From positions 14,756,001 to 14,820,000 of the forward strand of contig NC_043018.1 of assembly GCF_006345805.1 (NCBI RefSeq): DNA of 64,000 nt. Reading direction: 5' to 3'. Made by a program: the position numbers and the translations under genes. This document shows, one piece after another, positions 25,919 to 39,477 of this stretch. Positions within the stretch are counted from its first letter, which is position 1. Each line of letters starts with the position of its first letter. This DNA comes from Octopus sinensis (lineage: Eukaryota). A model generated the notes under the pieces. That model was not told the DNA's origin. It did not search any database and saw only the letters and a program-made list of their open reading frames with translations.

Positions 25919-26651
25919 TACACCCCCACATCTATCTGTCTATCAACTCTCCTTTAGATTTACATCTCTCTCACTTTCTCTATCTTTTTTTTTACTTACT
26001 TCAACCATCAGACTGCAGCCACGCCTTGAAGGGTTTTGTAGAACAAATCGGCCCCACAGCTTACCTTTTTTTTTTTTGCCCTAATCCTGGTATTATTATA
26101 CTATTTCTCGCTTTTGTCGAATCGCCAAGTTAATAATAAAGAATACGGATACTTGTACATCGGCAAAATTTATTTTATATTTATATGCAGTATATAACTT
26201 CGAGGATGACCAAATAAATGAACGGGCCCTGATGAAGCTGCACCGATGATATTGCATGATTGAATTTGCAACTGTGAGTAGTCGCAGCATGGGAAACACG
26301 TGTAAGTTATCATAATATGCTGTATGCAACTATAAAATAAATTTTGTGGATGTACAAGTCTCCATTCTCTTTATTATTATCAATATTAATATGTGCACGC
26401 GCGCGTGTGAGTGTGTATGTGTGTATTAAAGCGGCACTTATGTACATTATGTACTCCACCATGTATTATATATGTATTTATTGTGTGTATATTATAGACG
26501 TATATAATATAAAAGATGTGTGTGTTATACCCGTATATCTTACCTATTTTTCTATCTTCGATCGCTCTGTGTAGAACTGGCTCTGAATGCTATAGAAAAT
26601 GTGTTGAGATAAACTTCAAGATGAGAACATCGCATTGCTAACACAGAATGA

Positions 26652-27026
26652 AGGCACAATCTGATTTATAAGTGTGTAGTTGAATCTGAAGGGAAGGAAT
26701 ACCATTACATAGGTTTACCCGAAACTCAATTTAAACGGAGAATTGCGAACCATGAGAGTTGTTTTAGAAATAAACATAAAATCAATAATATTAGTGTCAG
26801 CAAATATATATGGATGTTAAAAGATAATGGGAAAAATTATAAGATTAAAAGGGAGGTTGTAAGCCATGCCAGAGCTTATCAACTTTCAGATAGTAAATGT
26901 AAATTATGTACAGAAGAAAGTTTTCAAATAATAAAATCTAAATATAGATTGATTAACTCTAGGAAAGAAAATATTTCAGCTTGTTTTCATTACACGAAGA
27001 ATGTTTTTAGAAAATTTGATTACTAA
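26652..27026 (+). pseudogene. Penelope-like element C-terminal GIY-YIG endonuclease (5'-truncated)
   Basis: Open frame NLIYKCVVESEGKEYHYIGLPETQFKRRIANH...SKYIWMLK...KCKLCTEE...INSRKENISACFH...FDY*. The xIY-YIG motif, FKxR..H and CxxC...CxH pattern fit PLE endonucleases. Confidence 0.85.
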
Positions 27027-27685
27027 ATAAATAATAAATGACAAAACTGAACATTAGAAAATATAATCATAATATATAGTAAGCATAAAATATATAATAC
27101 TTAAAACAAATTAATTAATTCAGGAGGAGTGAATATTTTGACTCGTTGCAATTAACCTAAGTATATATAAGAAAATTCAATAAATAAAAACAAAAGTAGA
27201 CATTAATGATATAAGTATAATATAATTAAGTGTAACTTAATTTACAAACCAAACATAGGATAAAAATAATATAGATATAAATAATATATACTATATATGA
27301 TATAATACTTAATCTATAATAATGATAATATTGAGTATTGATCTTCATTAAGTAATCAGATAATATAATACATTTTATTTCTGATGCAAATATTATAAAT
27401 CTATTGGTAACACTAATCTTTATGATGTATTATACTGAAAATATATACATACTAATATTAAATGTGTGTAATGTAAGCCCGATGCGTTTTCTCACACACA
27501 TACTTAAATAAATAATGTTATATAGAATGAACTATGGATCAATAACTAAATACAAATATAATTACTTCACTAATTATCTTACTGTTTCATATTATAATAA
27601 TTGTGATTGGCTTTTATGATTGACATTTTCATGAATTATATAAGTATATAAAAGAATGTATATTAACAATGTATTAAAAATGTAT

Positions 27686-28094
27686 AGGCGCAGGAGTGGC
27701 TGTGTAGTAAGTAGCTTGCTAACCAACCACATGGTTCCGGGTTCAGTCCCACTGCGTGGCATCTTGGGCAAGTGTATTCTGCTATAGCCCCGGGCCGACC
27801 AATGCCTTGTGAGTGGATTTGGTAGACGGAAACTGAAAGAAGCCTGTCGTATATATATATATATATATGTGTGTATATGTTTGTGTGTCTGTGTTTGTCC
27901 CCCTAGCATTGCTTGACAACCGATGCTGGTGTGTTTACGTCCCCGTCACTTAGCGGTTCGGCAAAAAGAGATAGATAGAATAAGTACTAGGCTTACAAAG
28001 AATAAGTCCCGGGATCGATTTGCTCGACTAAAGGCGGTGCTCGAGCATGGCCGCAGTCAAATGACTGAAACAAGTAAAAGAGTAAAAGAGTAAA
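27686..28094 (+). mobile_element. SINE family A, full length
   Basis: AGGCGCAGGAGTGGCTGTG...GGTTCAGTCCC head and (GTAAAAGA)n tail. Confidence 0.93.
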
Positions 28095-28139
28095 CTGATT
28101 TGACTTCATAACATGCTACTAACATACATACACACTTAC

Positions 28140-28520
28140 GCACACATAAATCAACTTAGACAGTAAACATCAATATATATACACACACACACACATAACC
28201 AATTATACATAAGCTGAAATGAACTATGAATATCCATATCTCTAAATACATATATAATTATAGAAATATGCAATAACCTTTTACTATTATACATACACAC
28301 TTACACACTAATAAAACAACTTAAGCAGTAAGGATCTATGAACGCACGCTCACACACATGCATAAACGATGACATCCATACTTGGATTCAACAACCTTAT
28401 GCCAGCACACATACACACATACGTACACATAAATTCACTTAAGCAGTAAACATACATATACACACCTAATTACACGAACATACAGTCACACATAAACCAA
28501 AATGGACCATTCACATCCAT
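28140..28520. repeat. Degenerate tandem repeat, about 3 units of about 145 bp
   Basis: ACTTA(GA/AG)CAGTAA core recurs near 28153, 28319 and 28437 with similar flanks. Confidence 0.5.
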
Positions 28521-28662
28521 TTTTATTTTATTCATTTCTATTATTAATATATTTCATTATTTTCATTATTTATTATTAATCTTTATTTTTTCCTTTATTT
28601 TTATTCGTATTTATATTAATTCCTCCTCCCCCTCCTCCTCCTCCTCATCATCATCATCATCA

Positions 28663-28718
<56 letters not shown>

Positions 28719-28926
28719 TAAATATAATATTTTAATCTATTATTTTAATATACTTAAATAAATAAAAATATTAACGCATGCACGCACGTACTCACGCCCA
28801 TCGATACGCATACACACGCACACACAGACACACACACACACACACACACAAAATAAACACGCTTTCCTCTGCTTAGTCTGTTGGAATGTTTCAACTGGTC
28901 AAACCGTAAACGATGTAATGTCCACT

Positions 28927-29029
28927 TTGCCCTGAAGATCTTCCACCCGGGATACTCGTAATGCAAACTTATATTATTATCTACGTTTTGTAATTTAAAC
29001 TGGGTGGGAAGTGAAACAATTGTAGGCAA
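28927..29029 (+). ncRNA. Type I hammerhead ribozyme candidate
   Basis: Stem I TTGCC/GGCAA, core CTGAAGA (28932-28938), stem II CTTCC-ACCC/GGGT-G-GGAAG (9 bp) with a U-U at 10.1/11.1, GAAA (29013-29016), palindromic stem III ACAATTGT, cleavage triplet GTA (after 29024). Confidence 0.75.
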
Positions 29030-29150
29030 TGTTAATTAATTCATTAATTTATTTATAACCATTGAATCTCTACATTTTCAAACTTATTAATAATATTTAA
29101 TGTTTTCTAATGATATATTTGTTGAAGAAATCTCTCATGAAAATATAATG

Positions 29151-29427
29151 GACCAAAGCTTTTTGAGTGAATTTGACAGACGGAAACTGAAGGAAGCCCG
29201 TCGAGTATATGTGCGTATGAGTGTGTTTGTACCTTTCTGTCTGTGTTTGTCCCCCTACCCACTGCTTGACAACCGGTGTTGGTGTGTCTACGTCCTCGTA
29301 AATAAAGACCGACAGAATAAACATCAGACTTTAAAAAAAATAAGTCCTGGGACCGAATCGTTCGACTAACATTTTTCAATGTCGTGCCCCAGCGTGGCCG
29401 CAGTCTCGTGACAGAAACAAACAAAAG
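29151..29427 (+). mobile_element. SINE family A, 5'-truncated and diverged
   Basis: Matches the family A body and 3' part. Confidence 0.85.
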
Positions 29428-30653
29428 CTACATGTAGTAGAAAGGCGGATATAGATACATGTTTAACGTGCCCGCCCATTCTCACATATACACAAATACG
29501 CAAATCTGAGCGCACACATACACACATTATACATACACACGCATATACTGAGACAAGCACACGCACACACACACACACACACAAATAGATATTGCCGCTG
29601 CTAACTCAGCTAACACTACTGTTGTTGTTGTTGTTGTTGTTGTTGCTATTACTGTCGCTGTTGACTTTTATTTACTTTCATCTGGCTCTCATTTGTCAAC
29701 AACACTGTCACCAATAGCAACAACAGCGACGCCTCCTCCCCCATCTTCCACTCTAACAACAACAGCAACAACAAAGACAAACATATTCCGTTATAGTCAC
29801 GAACCACCAACGATATTATTCGTTACAACAGGCATTTCCACCTCCCCTCAATATCTTTACCACCGCCATCATCGTCAACGCTTTTACTCGACTGCTCGAC
29901 CTGCTAGAAATAGCAAGCAAATTTCGCTAAACTATATCTTGCTATCTTAAAAAAATGGAAAGTATCACTGGCCAGTGTAGGCCACAAGTGGAATACATTG
30001 TCTCAAGCCGGTCAAATCAAGGATATCAACAACTACTTCGATGCTCCCACCATTATCACCACAACTGTCATCTCCATTTCCACAATCCGCTGATTTAGTC
30101 TGGGATACATTGTGCCTGATAATAAGTCGAGATGGTCACCTGTTGGATCATAACTGATCATGACAGACCAAGTGCTAAACGGAGTAGTAGTGGTTTGGAG
30201 CAGCAGCAGTGGTTTTGAGTGCGAACCTCTCCACATATGGTAGCTCTTCATCAGCTTCGTAACCTCGGGTCATCACCTGAAACAGTTCATTGCCCTTCCC
30301 AGCCCATCTCCTCTTTACTTTGTCCACTGACCTCACCCTCAAAACTTCCGGTGCTGCCATTCTCTACTTCCTCCATGAAATTCATAATTTCAACACTCCC
30401 GATCGTATTGTTCTTGTAGCTCTCTCCCAACTAATCCCAGTAAATAAACGTCAACAGTGACCCTTCGTGGCTGTGTTCATTAGGAACGGCCACAGACTCG
30501 AGGTGGGATTGTTGCGGTTACATAGATATACATCGACACACAATCAACATTATTATATAGACAAGAAGCCAGCCATTCCTGACTTCCTGTTCTTCGCGTT
30601 TCTTGTCACTGTTACTGACTTGCAGACTTTGCAATATAATATCAACCATGATT

Positions 30654-30911
30654 GTGGAGGCGCGTGGCTTAGTGGTTAGGGTGTCAGCATCATGATCGCA
30701 AGATTGTTGTTTCGATTTCTGGACAGGGCGACGCGTTGTGTTCTTGAGCAAAACACTTCGTTTCACGTTGCTCCAGTCCACTCAGCTGGCAAAAATGAGT
30801 AACACTGCGATGGACTAGCGTCCCGTCCAGCTGGGGAACACATACGCCATAGAAACCGGGAAACCGGGCCCATGAGCCTGGATAGGCTTTAAAAGGGCGC
30901 ATTTATTTATT
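30654..30911 (+). mobile_element. tRNA-derived SINE family D with Meta/V-domain-like core
   Basis: tRNA-like head, then TTGTGTTCTTGAGCAAAACACTT...TTGCTCCAGTCCACTCAGCTG and CTGCGATGGACTAGCGTCCCGTCCAG. Imperfect 13-bp TSD ATCAACC..GATT (30641-30653, 30912-30924). A degenerate relative lies at about 55905-56012. Confidence 0.7.
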
Positions 30912-31562
30912 ATCAACCTCGATTCATCAATAGAATATCAAAGATATAAAATAAAGAAATATTCTCTAAAATGTGAATATGTACGTCTGTATGCACGTGG
31001 AGCGAGTGTATCTATGTGGAAATAAGTCTTCTTTGAGTCGGGCCATGTTGGAGCACTACTATTCATTGAATTTTTGTTTCATCGTAGTATTTTTTGAAAA
31101 TCAATTTGATTTTGTTAAGGTTTACATCGCATGTATTTATGATTGTATTTTCGCGATGGGTGTATTTAAGTGTAAGAATGGGAGAGAGGAAATTACTAAC
31201 GGGTGAGTGTGTGTGTATGTGCGTGTGAGAGTGTGTGTGTGTGTGTGGGCGTGTGAGTGTGTGTGTAAATCAGACGTAATACAGTTAAAGAGATAATGAG
31301 CCGCGAAAGATAATCACTTTGGTAAGAGGATGCTGAAGAGGCTGGAATATCAAAGTGATATATGTTTGTACATGCATGTGTGTGTATACACATACATACA
31401 TACATACATACACACACGCGCACACACATACACGCTCACACGCAAACACATACACGCTCACACGCAAACCCCCACACACACACTCACACGCAAACACACA
31501 CACACACACACATAGACTGATACCAAAAAGAAATTGCTAATGATGGAAAAATTTCCAAAACC

Positions 31563-31596
<34 letters not shown>

Positions 31597-32181
31597 TGTG
31601 TGTGTGTCTGTGTGTCTGTGTGTGCGCGTGCGTGTGCACGTGTGTGTAGTTGTGTATATACATACTCTGTATATCAGAAGAAAGTAATCCCGACCTTTGA
31701 CCTCTACCTTCCAAACTGAGAACTGATGGATTCTTTGACGGAACTACAGGTGTTTACACCACGTGGCCTCCTCGACTCACACAACAAAGACCGCCATATT
31801 ATTTACAAGATATTAAAAAAAAAATAAAACAAAACCCCGCAGAATTGGCAACATGAAAGGTTGCACCGACCCCCCACCTCTAATCCACATCTCACCTCTC
31901 ATCTCCTCTCACTCCCACTTTCATTTCACCTCACCCTCCCCCAGTTTCTTCTTTTTCCTTTTCCTTTTCTTCCTGTTTTTCTCTTTTCTTTGAAAGATTT
32001 CCCAATTTGCAAAGATTATAATTCGCTCTTTATTCTAATTGCTTCATCATCATCATCGTCATCATCGCCGTCGCCATCATCATCATCATCATCATCGTCA
32101 TCGTCGCCATCATCATCATCATCATCATCTCTTCTACCATCTTCACTCTTCCTCTTCTTGTCTTTATTAATTTACATATTT

Positions 32182-32225
<44 letters not shown>

Positions 32226-32259
32226 ACAGTTGTAGTAGTGGTGGTGGTAGTAGTAGTGA

Positions 32260-32295
<36 letters not shown>

Positions 32296-32344
32296 CGATA
32301 GTAGTAGTAGTAGTAATAGAGGTAGTAGTAGTAGTAGTAGTAGT

Positions 32345-32381
<37 letters not shown>

Positions 32382-32388
32382 GGTGGTA

Positions 32389-32427
<39 letters not shown>

Positions 32428-32467
32428 ATAGTAGTAGTAGTAATAGTAGTAATAGTAGTAGTAGTAG
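32182..32467. repeat. (TAG)n microsatellite
   Basis: Direct reading. Confidence 0.95.
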
Positions 32468-32871
32468 AATATTTTCTGTTAAAACAGCATGAGCATTCCC
32501 CCCTTTCTTCCACAAAATAGACACATCACACGTACACACATTCCCTCTCTCTCTCTCTCTCTCACCCATACACACACACCCACCCACACACACTCCTAGA
32601 ATGATCAAACCCTTCGCCCACCCCACCCCCTACCGTCCACGTGTGTGGTAAGTTACAGAGATGTGATATGTCAATTGTCACAGCTTTTACAATTACAACA
32701 GCTTTTATGCGTGTTTGGGGCCGTAAAACAGCGTCTGTTGTGTGCACATGTACAAATGGATCCTCGGTCAAACACTAACTAAGGCGTATCACTGCGCGCA
32801 CGCACGCACGCACGCACGCACGCGCACACACACACATCATATATGCTGCGTGTGTGTGTGTGCATATACAT

Positions 32872-32885
32872 ACGGATAGATAGAC

Positions 32886-32928
<43 letters not shown>

Positions 32929-32947
32929 AGGGGGAGAGAGAGGGAGG

Positions 32948-33001
<54 letters not shown>

Positions 33002-33044
33002 CAGATAGATAGAGAGAGAGAGAGAAGGGGGAGAGAGAGGGAGG

Positions 33045-33075
<31 letters not shown>

Positions 33076-33099
33076 AAGGGGAGAGAGAGGGAGGGATAG

Positions 33100-33136
<37 letters not shown>

Positions 33137-33155
33137 GAGAGAGAGGGATAGATAG

Positions 33156-33195
<40 letters not shown>

Positions 33196-33225
33196 GGAGG
33201 GAGGGATAGATAGATAGATAGATAT

Positions 33226-33304
<79 letters not shown>

Positions 33305-33323
33305 AGGGGGAGAGAGAGGGAGG

Positions 33324-33363
<40 letters not shown>

Positions 33364-33382
33364 AGGGGGAGAGAGAGGGAGG

Positions 33383-33418
<36 letters not shown>

Positions 33419-33437
33419 AGGGGGAGAGAGAGGGAGG

Positions 33438-33479
<42 letters not shown>

Positions 33480-33480
33480 C
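32872..33480. repeat. Polypurine higher-order repeat of (GATA)n/(GA)n with recurring AAGGGGGAGAGAGAGGGAGGG spacer
   Basis: The spacer unit recurs about 7-8 times. Confidence 0.92.
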
Positions 33481-35085
33481 AGACAGGCAGGCAGATATAT
33501 GTAGAATCTATTTTGTTTGGTGTTTGGTACGTTAAGCTAGCGCTGCGAAGCCGCTTAAGCATATACAAACTTAATGTAGAATGAACAATTAATCATATCT
33601 GCAATCCGGTGACCGACGATACATCTCCATGTTTTGAGGGCTTTTTTTTCCATAAAAATAGTCTCTTTGTACTTTTTAATTGCCTTCTAAGGCGTTGAAT
33701 TGTCAATCGTTGCAGAGTTGGATCAAAATACCTTACATCATATGTTTTAGCTTTTTACGTTCTGAGTTCAAATTCTGCTGAGGTCAACTTTGCTTTTTTA
33801 TTCTTCCGGGATCAAGAAAATAAAAGCTGTACCAGTCAAATATTGGAATCGATTGAATTGCCTGACTCCATCCACCTTCAGATTCCTGGCTTTGTGCCAA
33901 TGTGAGAAACGGTCATTAAAAATGCAGGCTTGTCAGGATCAGCAGCGACTTTGGCCAAATCCTTTGCGTTGTTCTGATTCGTTATTCGTTAAGTTCAAAT
34001 TTCATTGAAGTCAGCTTTATATTTTAAAATAAAGTACCAGTCAATCCCCACACGGACAAAAAAATTCTGGTTCAGTTCCTATATTTGAAATACTTAACTT
34101 CCCATCTGGGGCGGTAGATTGGCAGAATCGAAAGAGCGAACAAAATGCATTGTGGTATTTGTTCCGAATTTAAATACCACCGAGACCAACTTTGTCACTC
34201 TGCTCATTTTAGGATCGATAAAATGGTGTACCAGTCATAAAATAGGGTCCATATGATCGACTATTTCCAAAAAAAAAAAAAACAACTTCTTGACTTTGTA
34301 CCTCTATATGAAAGCATTATTTAGTTTTCTTCTGTAACGATCGTAGTTCAAATCTCGATGGAATTGTTTTTACCTTATTAACACACCTGGGGTCGATAAA
34401 AAGAAATTGAATAATCAACTTGGCCTAAACGAACTCTACCTCTCCTTCCGTTATAAATTTGTGTTGATATAAGAAATAATTATATTCTGCCTTGCCAATT
34501 AGAGTGAAATATGTTCGCTCTGCTCAGTAAGATTCTGAAGTCATCATTAACAAAAATATAGAGCAATTTATTCCACTTAGCAAAACAGGGTGTTGTCATG
34601 CGGTCTACAACATCCGGTATTGTTTCTATGTGACGCAGAAAGAGAGTGGCTCTCACCACTTGAGTCACTAATTTCGAAATGTAACCGTCACAAGCACTAG
34701 ATTGGGATGACTGTCATTCAGTTTCTTCAGGAATCTAGGCCAATATTCCGATTAGTGCCACCCACTACTCATCGAAATAAAAAGCTAATGATAATAATTG
34801 TTTCAGATTTCGGCACAAGGCCAGCAATTTTGAGAGGGGGGTAAAGTCGATTATAACACATACTTATTTTATAGACCTCCGAAAGAACGAAAGGTAAAGT
34901 TGACCTAGGTCAGACATTTGAACTCAGGACATAAAGAACCGGATGAATTGTGGTTTAGTATTTTGTCCGGCGCGGCAACGACTCTGCAAGTTCGCTACCT
35001 TGTCTGATTTCATATAAAATAAATGCAGAATAGATTTTAAAAAACGGTTAAAACGAGACAAAACAAAGCAATGGAATAAAAACTA

Positions 35086-35420
35086 ATGGTTATAACTTGG
35101 GACGATGTCCTGCACCAGATAAAGAAAGCTCCAGGGACAAACGGGATCCAAGGATTTTACATAAAGCAATTGAAATCCTTAAAGAGTGAAATTGTCAACA
35201 TAGTCTACAGATTAGGAAGAAATGCAGCTTCTTTAAATCATCCATTCTTCAAGGATGACTTAAAGACACATGCAAAAAGAAAAGTAAAAAAGGAATAAAT
35301 TTACAAAAAGTTGCGTTGTAATAATATCGGAATGAAGTTTAGTAGCTCAAAATGTGCGACTTTAGATGCAAAGAGGGAGAAGGAAGAACAATTTAATGGA
35401 ATAATCTTATCGAAAAGAAC
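35086..35420 (+). mobile_element. R4/Dong-like RT remnant with internal deletions
   Basis: ITWDDVLHQIKKAPGTNGIQGFYIKQLKSL (cf. KAPGPDGIQGFW), FKDDLKTHA (cf. YMDDLKLYA) and IGMKFSSSKCATL (cf. IGMxFGxxKC). Confidence 0.7.
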
Positions 35421-36613
35421 AGATTTTAGACTCAGACAAGAAGATGTCTTGTCATCAAATGTGTTCCAACAATCGCTACGTAATATCTAATTCTATATTA
35501 TCCACGAGCAAAAGAGGAAGCTTTTATGTTAGACATGGGCAACCTTTTAACGGGAAGCGGGCCGCATAAGACATTAAGTGGGCCGCACTACTAAAAATAT
35601 TCAAGATAACTTTTCTCATGACTGCTCTATGTGATTGCTGCTCATACTAAAAATAGCAGCTAAATCTCTTTCATATCACATCCTTACCTATTTTACCAAA
35701 AATGCCTTGGATAATATGGCTCCGATTCCCAGCACGTAAGGCATGAAAAGATGGTCATGGCTGGAATGTCTTTTGCTATTCGTCTACTCACTCATGGTCA
35801 ACCCTGGTTTAAACAAAAGTAAAAAAAATTGGTTTGTTCAAAATAAAGACATTAAACAAGTGATTCTCAAGTGGGCCTTCTCAGTTCCCTAATAGTCTAC
35901 AAAAATGGTATTTGGGATTCATAATTTGTGTTCAAGCTTTTAAAAGGTGCAATGTAAAATATATAATTACTCAATTATAGATATCTTTAAACTGAGAAAA
36001 GGGGTTTGTTTATAGTCAAGAAAATTTGTTTAAGGAGTAGAGAGATCTTTCGAAAACCGGAAGTCATTCAAATAACAAAGGTTATCAGCGGTGTAAAGAC
36101 CGCCGCCATTTTATTAAACTTCGTGAAAAGCTCAGAAGTCATCAAAACAAGACTTGTGTGCAATCGCTCGACTGGAAAAGCATAAGCCAGAGTTTTCCTT
36201 GATCCCATCATAAACAGAACTATGATCAAGAGATTATTTCAATGACCACCTTTCTGTAAATCAGTGATTGCTAGATTGTCCAATGAGTTTTTTTTTTAAT
36301 AACAGTAGAAAGACATAACGTTTCCCTCGGTGATTCGTACGAGCATTCGTAAGCATGTACACTTATGTGTGTGTACAGTTTTTATTTAACCCTAAGCAGT
36401 CCTATGGTCAAGGGGTACTCCAACCACGCCCATTCTGTCCTTTTTTTTATTTCACATTTACAGTAAATTTAGGATCCCATTATCTACTGTCTGTCTTTTT
36501 AAGAAAGTAAAGTTGGTTTGAAATTTACTTACTATTTCTAGCAGATCAAGCAGCTACATAGACGTTCTTTCGTGGTTACTATGTGTATATGCAGGTACAT
36601 GAATGCGGTTGCA

Positions 36614-36739
<126 letters not shown>

Positions 36740-37059
36740 TATGTGGGTACAGAACGTCACCAACTGTGAAAACAACATGAAATACGAAAACAGACGAGTT
36801 AAATACGCAAATAACGAGAGAAAAATAATGGAGAACAGGACAGGTAAACACATATTTATGTATGATGAGAGAGAGAGAAAGAGAGAGAGAATGTTATATT
36901 GTGATTTGAGTTTCATGTAAATGCAGTCCCCAGGTGAGTACTTCACAGGAGTTGAATAGAATTGAGTCAAGATATAAATATTCTGTAAAATTTATATACA
37001 TACACTACAACATGTATTGAGTTCTCCCTCATTTGTTTCACATAGTACAACTTTGAAAT

Positions 37060-37094
<35 letters not shown>

Positions 37095-37374
37095 ACGCAC
37101 AGACATACACACATGTATGCGTAGAGTTATGCGCTAGGCTAACCACTTATACGATGTTTTTGTTTGTGGGGAGATGTATATGAATGTATGAGTTCATATG
37201 AGGTGACTTGTGTGTGTAGGTATATGAGAGTTTGTACGCTGCTTTTAGTGTATTTGTATTGAGTTTCAAGCGTGTGTTTGCGTATGTCTGCGTATGTATG
37301 TGTATAAATGTGACCATGCGTTGATTCCACTCCGACATGTTTGTGTTCCTTGCTCTTGTTAGTGTGTGATGTTG

Positions 37375-37818
37375 ATGGTGGTGGTGGTAGTGGTGGTGGT
37401 GGTGGTTGGTGCTGGTGGTGGTGGTGGCGATGGTGGGGTGGTGATGGTGATGATGGTGGTGGTGATGGTGGTGATGGTGGTGGTGATGGTGGTGGCGGTG
37501 GTGATGGTGGTAGTGGTGTATGGATGGTGGTGGCGGTGGTGGTGGTGGTAGTGGTAGTGGTGGTGGTGGTGATGGTGGTGATGGTGGTGATGGTGGTGGT
37601 GGTGGTGGTGGTGGTGGTGGCGATGGTGGTAGTGGTGGTGGTGGTCGTGATGGTGGTGATGGTGGTGGTGGTGAGGCTGGTGATGGTGGTGGTGGCGGTG
37701 ATGGTGGTGGTGGTGGTGGTGGTGGTGATGGTGGTAGTGGTGGTGGTGGTGGTGATGGTGGCGGCGGCGGTGGTGGTGGTGGTGGTGATGGCGGTGGTGG
37801 TGGTGGTGGTGGTGGTTG
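37375..37818. repeat. (GGT)n/(GAT) microsatellite
   Basis: Direct reading. Confidence 0.95.
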
Positions 37819-38520
37819 ATTTGTTTGTTTACCTCTCACCACCACTCACGATGTCTTTAATGAACAAGCAGGAAGGAGTGGCAGAAGTGGTGGGTGGGTG
37901 GTCGAGTAGGGTATACGCCTGGTGAGTGTGTACATCTAAGTAACTTCTTCCGCCTCCCCCCTCCAATTACCAGTGGACACTCACCACCGATGACCTGCAA
38001 TTATTATTCATGTCTTGACCGCAATAGCACAAATTCGTGTCCAGTTCTTGAATATGGCCGACGTTCCCACAGTACCAAAACCGAAATGTACGTGTGTATG
38101 TATGTATGTATGTATATGTGTATTGGCTATATTTCTGCGTATATGTGTCAGTGTGGTGTACACTCATATACATATGTGTATATATATATAGACACGCACT
38201 TATGCATATATATACACTTACAAATATATACACATACGCATATATGCAAATATATACATACATATAAATACACACACGTTTATATATGTGTGTGTGTATG
38301 TGCGCGTGTCTGTGTGTGTATGTGTGTGTATAAATGCATATATACTTTTATGCATGTATACATGCACACACACACACACATACACACATACATACACGCA
38401 CACATGCGCGCGCGCACACACATTTTCACACCGACAGAACGTAAAGATGGACGAAATGACGCTAAGCATTTTGCCCAGTGTGCTAGCTATTCTGCAGCAG
38501 CAGCAGCAGTAGCAGTAGTT

Positions 38521-38557
<37 letters not shown>

Positions 38558-38583
38558 CAGCAGCAGTAGTAGTAGTGGTAGTG

Positions 38584-38636
<53 letters not shown>

Positions 38637-38638
<2 letters not shown>

Positions 38639-38903
38639 ACGTTCGTAGCACTAACAACCAAGTTCAAGAAATACGTCGGAAAAATTGGAATTGATATGAG
38701 AGCGGAGCAGGTCCAAAAAGTTGCCCCGTTGGGGACAGCTGGGATTTTGAGGTTGGTACTTGGAATGTTGAATAAATTAGCCCCCAAGTACCAAAGCCTA
38801 TGATTTGCGGGAAGCGACCCAGTGAGACCTCTGACAACAGGTTGTTGTCCGCTCTCACAGAATCAACCGGAGCAAGAAAGACCAGGAGCTCTGAGAAGTA
38901 AAA
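38637..38903 (+). mobile_element. R4/Dong-like 3' end followed by (AAT)n
   Basis: TKFKKYVGKIGIDMRAEQVQKVAPLGTAGILRLVLGMLN matches the R4/Dong C-terminal QKxxLLGTAxILR motif. A 3' UTR follows, then (AAT)n. Confidence 0.75.
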
Positions 38904-38908
38904 TGATG

Positions 38909-38944
<36 letters not shown>

Positions 38945-39272
38945 TTAATAATAATAATAATAATAATAATGATAATAATAATAATAATGATGATAATAAT
39001 AATAATAATGATAATAATATAATAATAATAATAATAATATAATGATAATAATGATGATAATAATAATAATAATGATGATAATAATAATAATGATGATAAT
39101 AATAATAAATAATAATAATAATAATAATAATGATAATAATGATGATAATAATAATAATAATGATGATAATAATAATAATAATGATGATAATAATAATAAT
39201 AATAATGATGATATAATAATAATAATGATGATAATAATGATAATAATGATGATAATAATAATAATAATGATG

Positions 39273-39318
<46 letters not shown>

Positions 39319-39414
39319 TGATGATGATGATGATGATGATGATAATAATAATAATGATAATAATAATAATGATGATAATAATAATTGATAATAATGACGA
39401 TAATAATAATAATG

Positions 39415-39477
<63 letters not shown>
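38904..39477. repeat. (AAT)n/(GAT)n microsatellite
   Basis: Direct reading. Confidence 0.95.

Noticed and set aside
30200-30256. Minus-strand CTGATGAAGAGC hammerhead-like start
   Set aside because: No stem II partner, and no GAAA or stem III.
32872-33480. Regularly spaced repeats as a CRISPR-like array
   Set aside because: The spacers are simple GA/GATA runs, the context is eukaryotic, and there are no cas genes.
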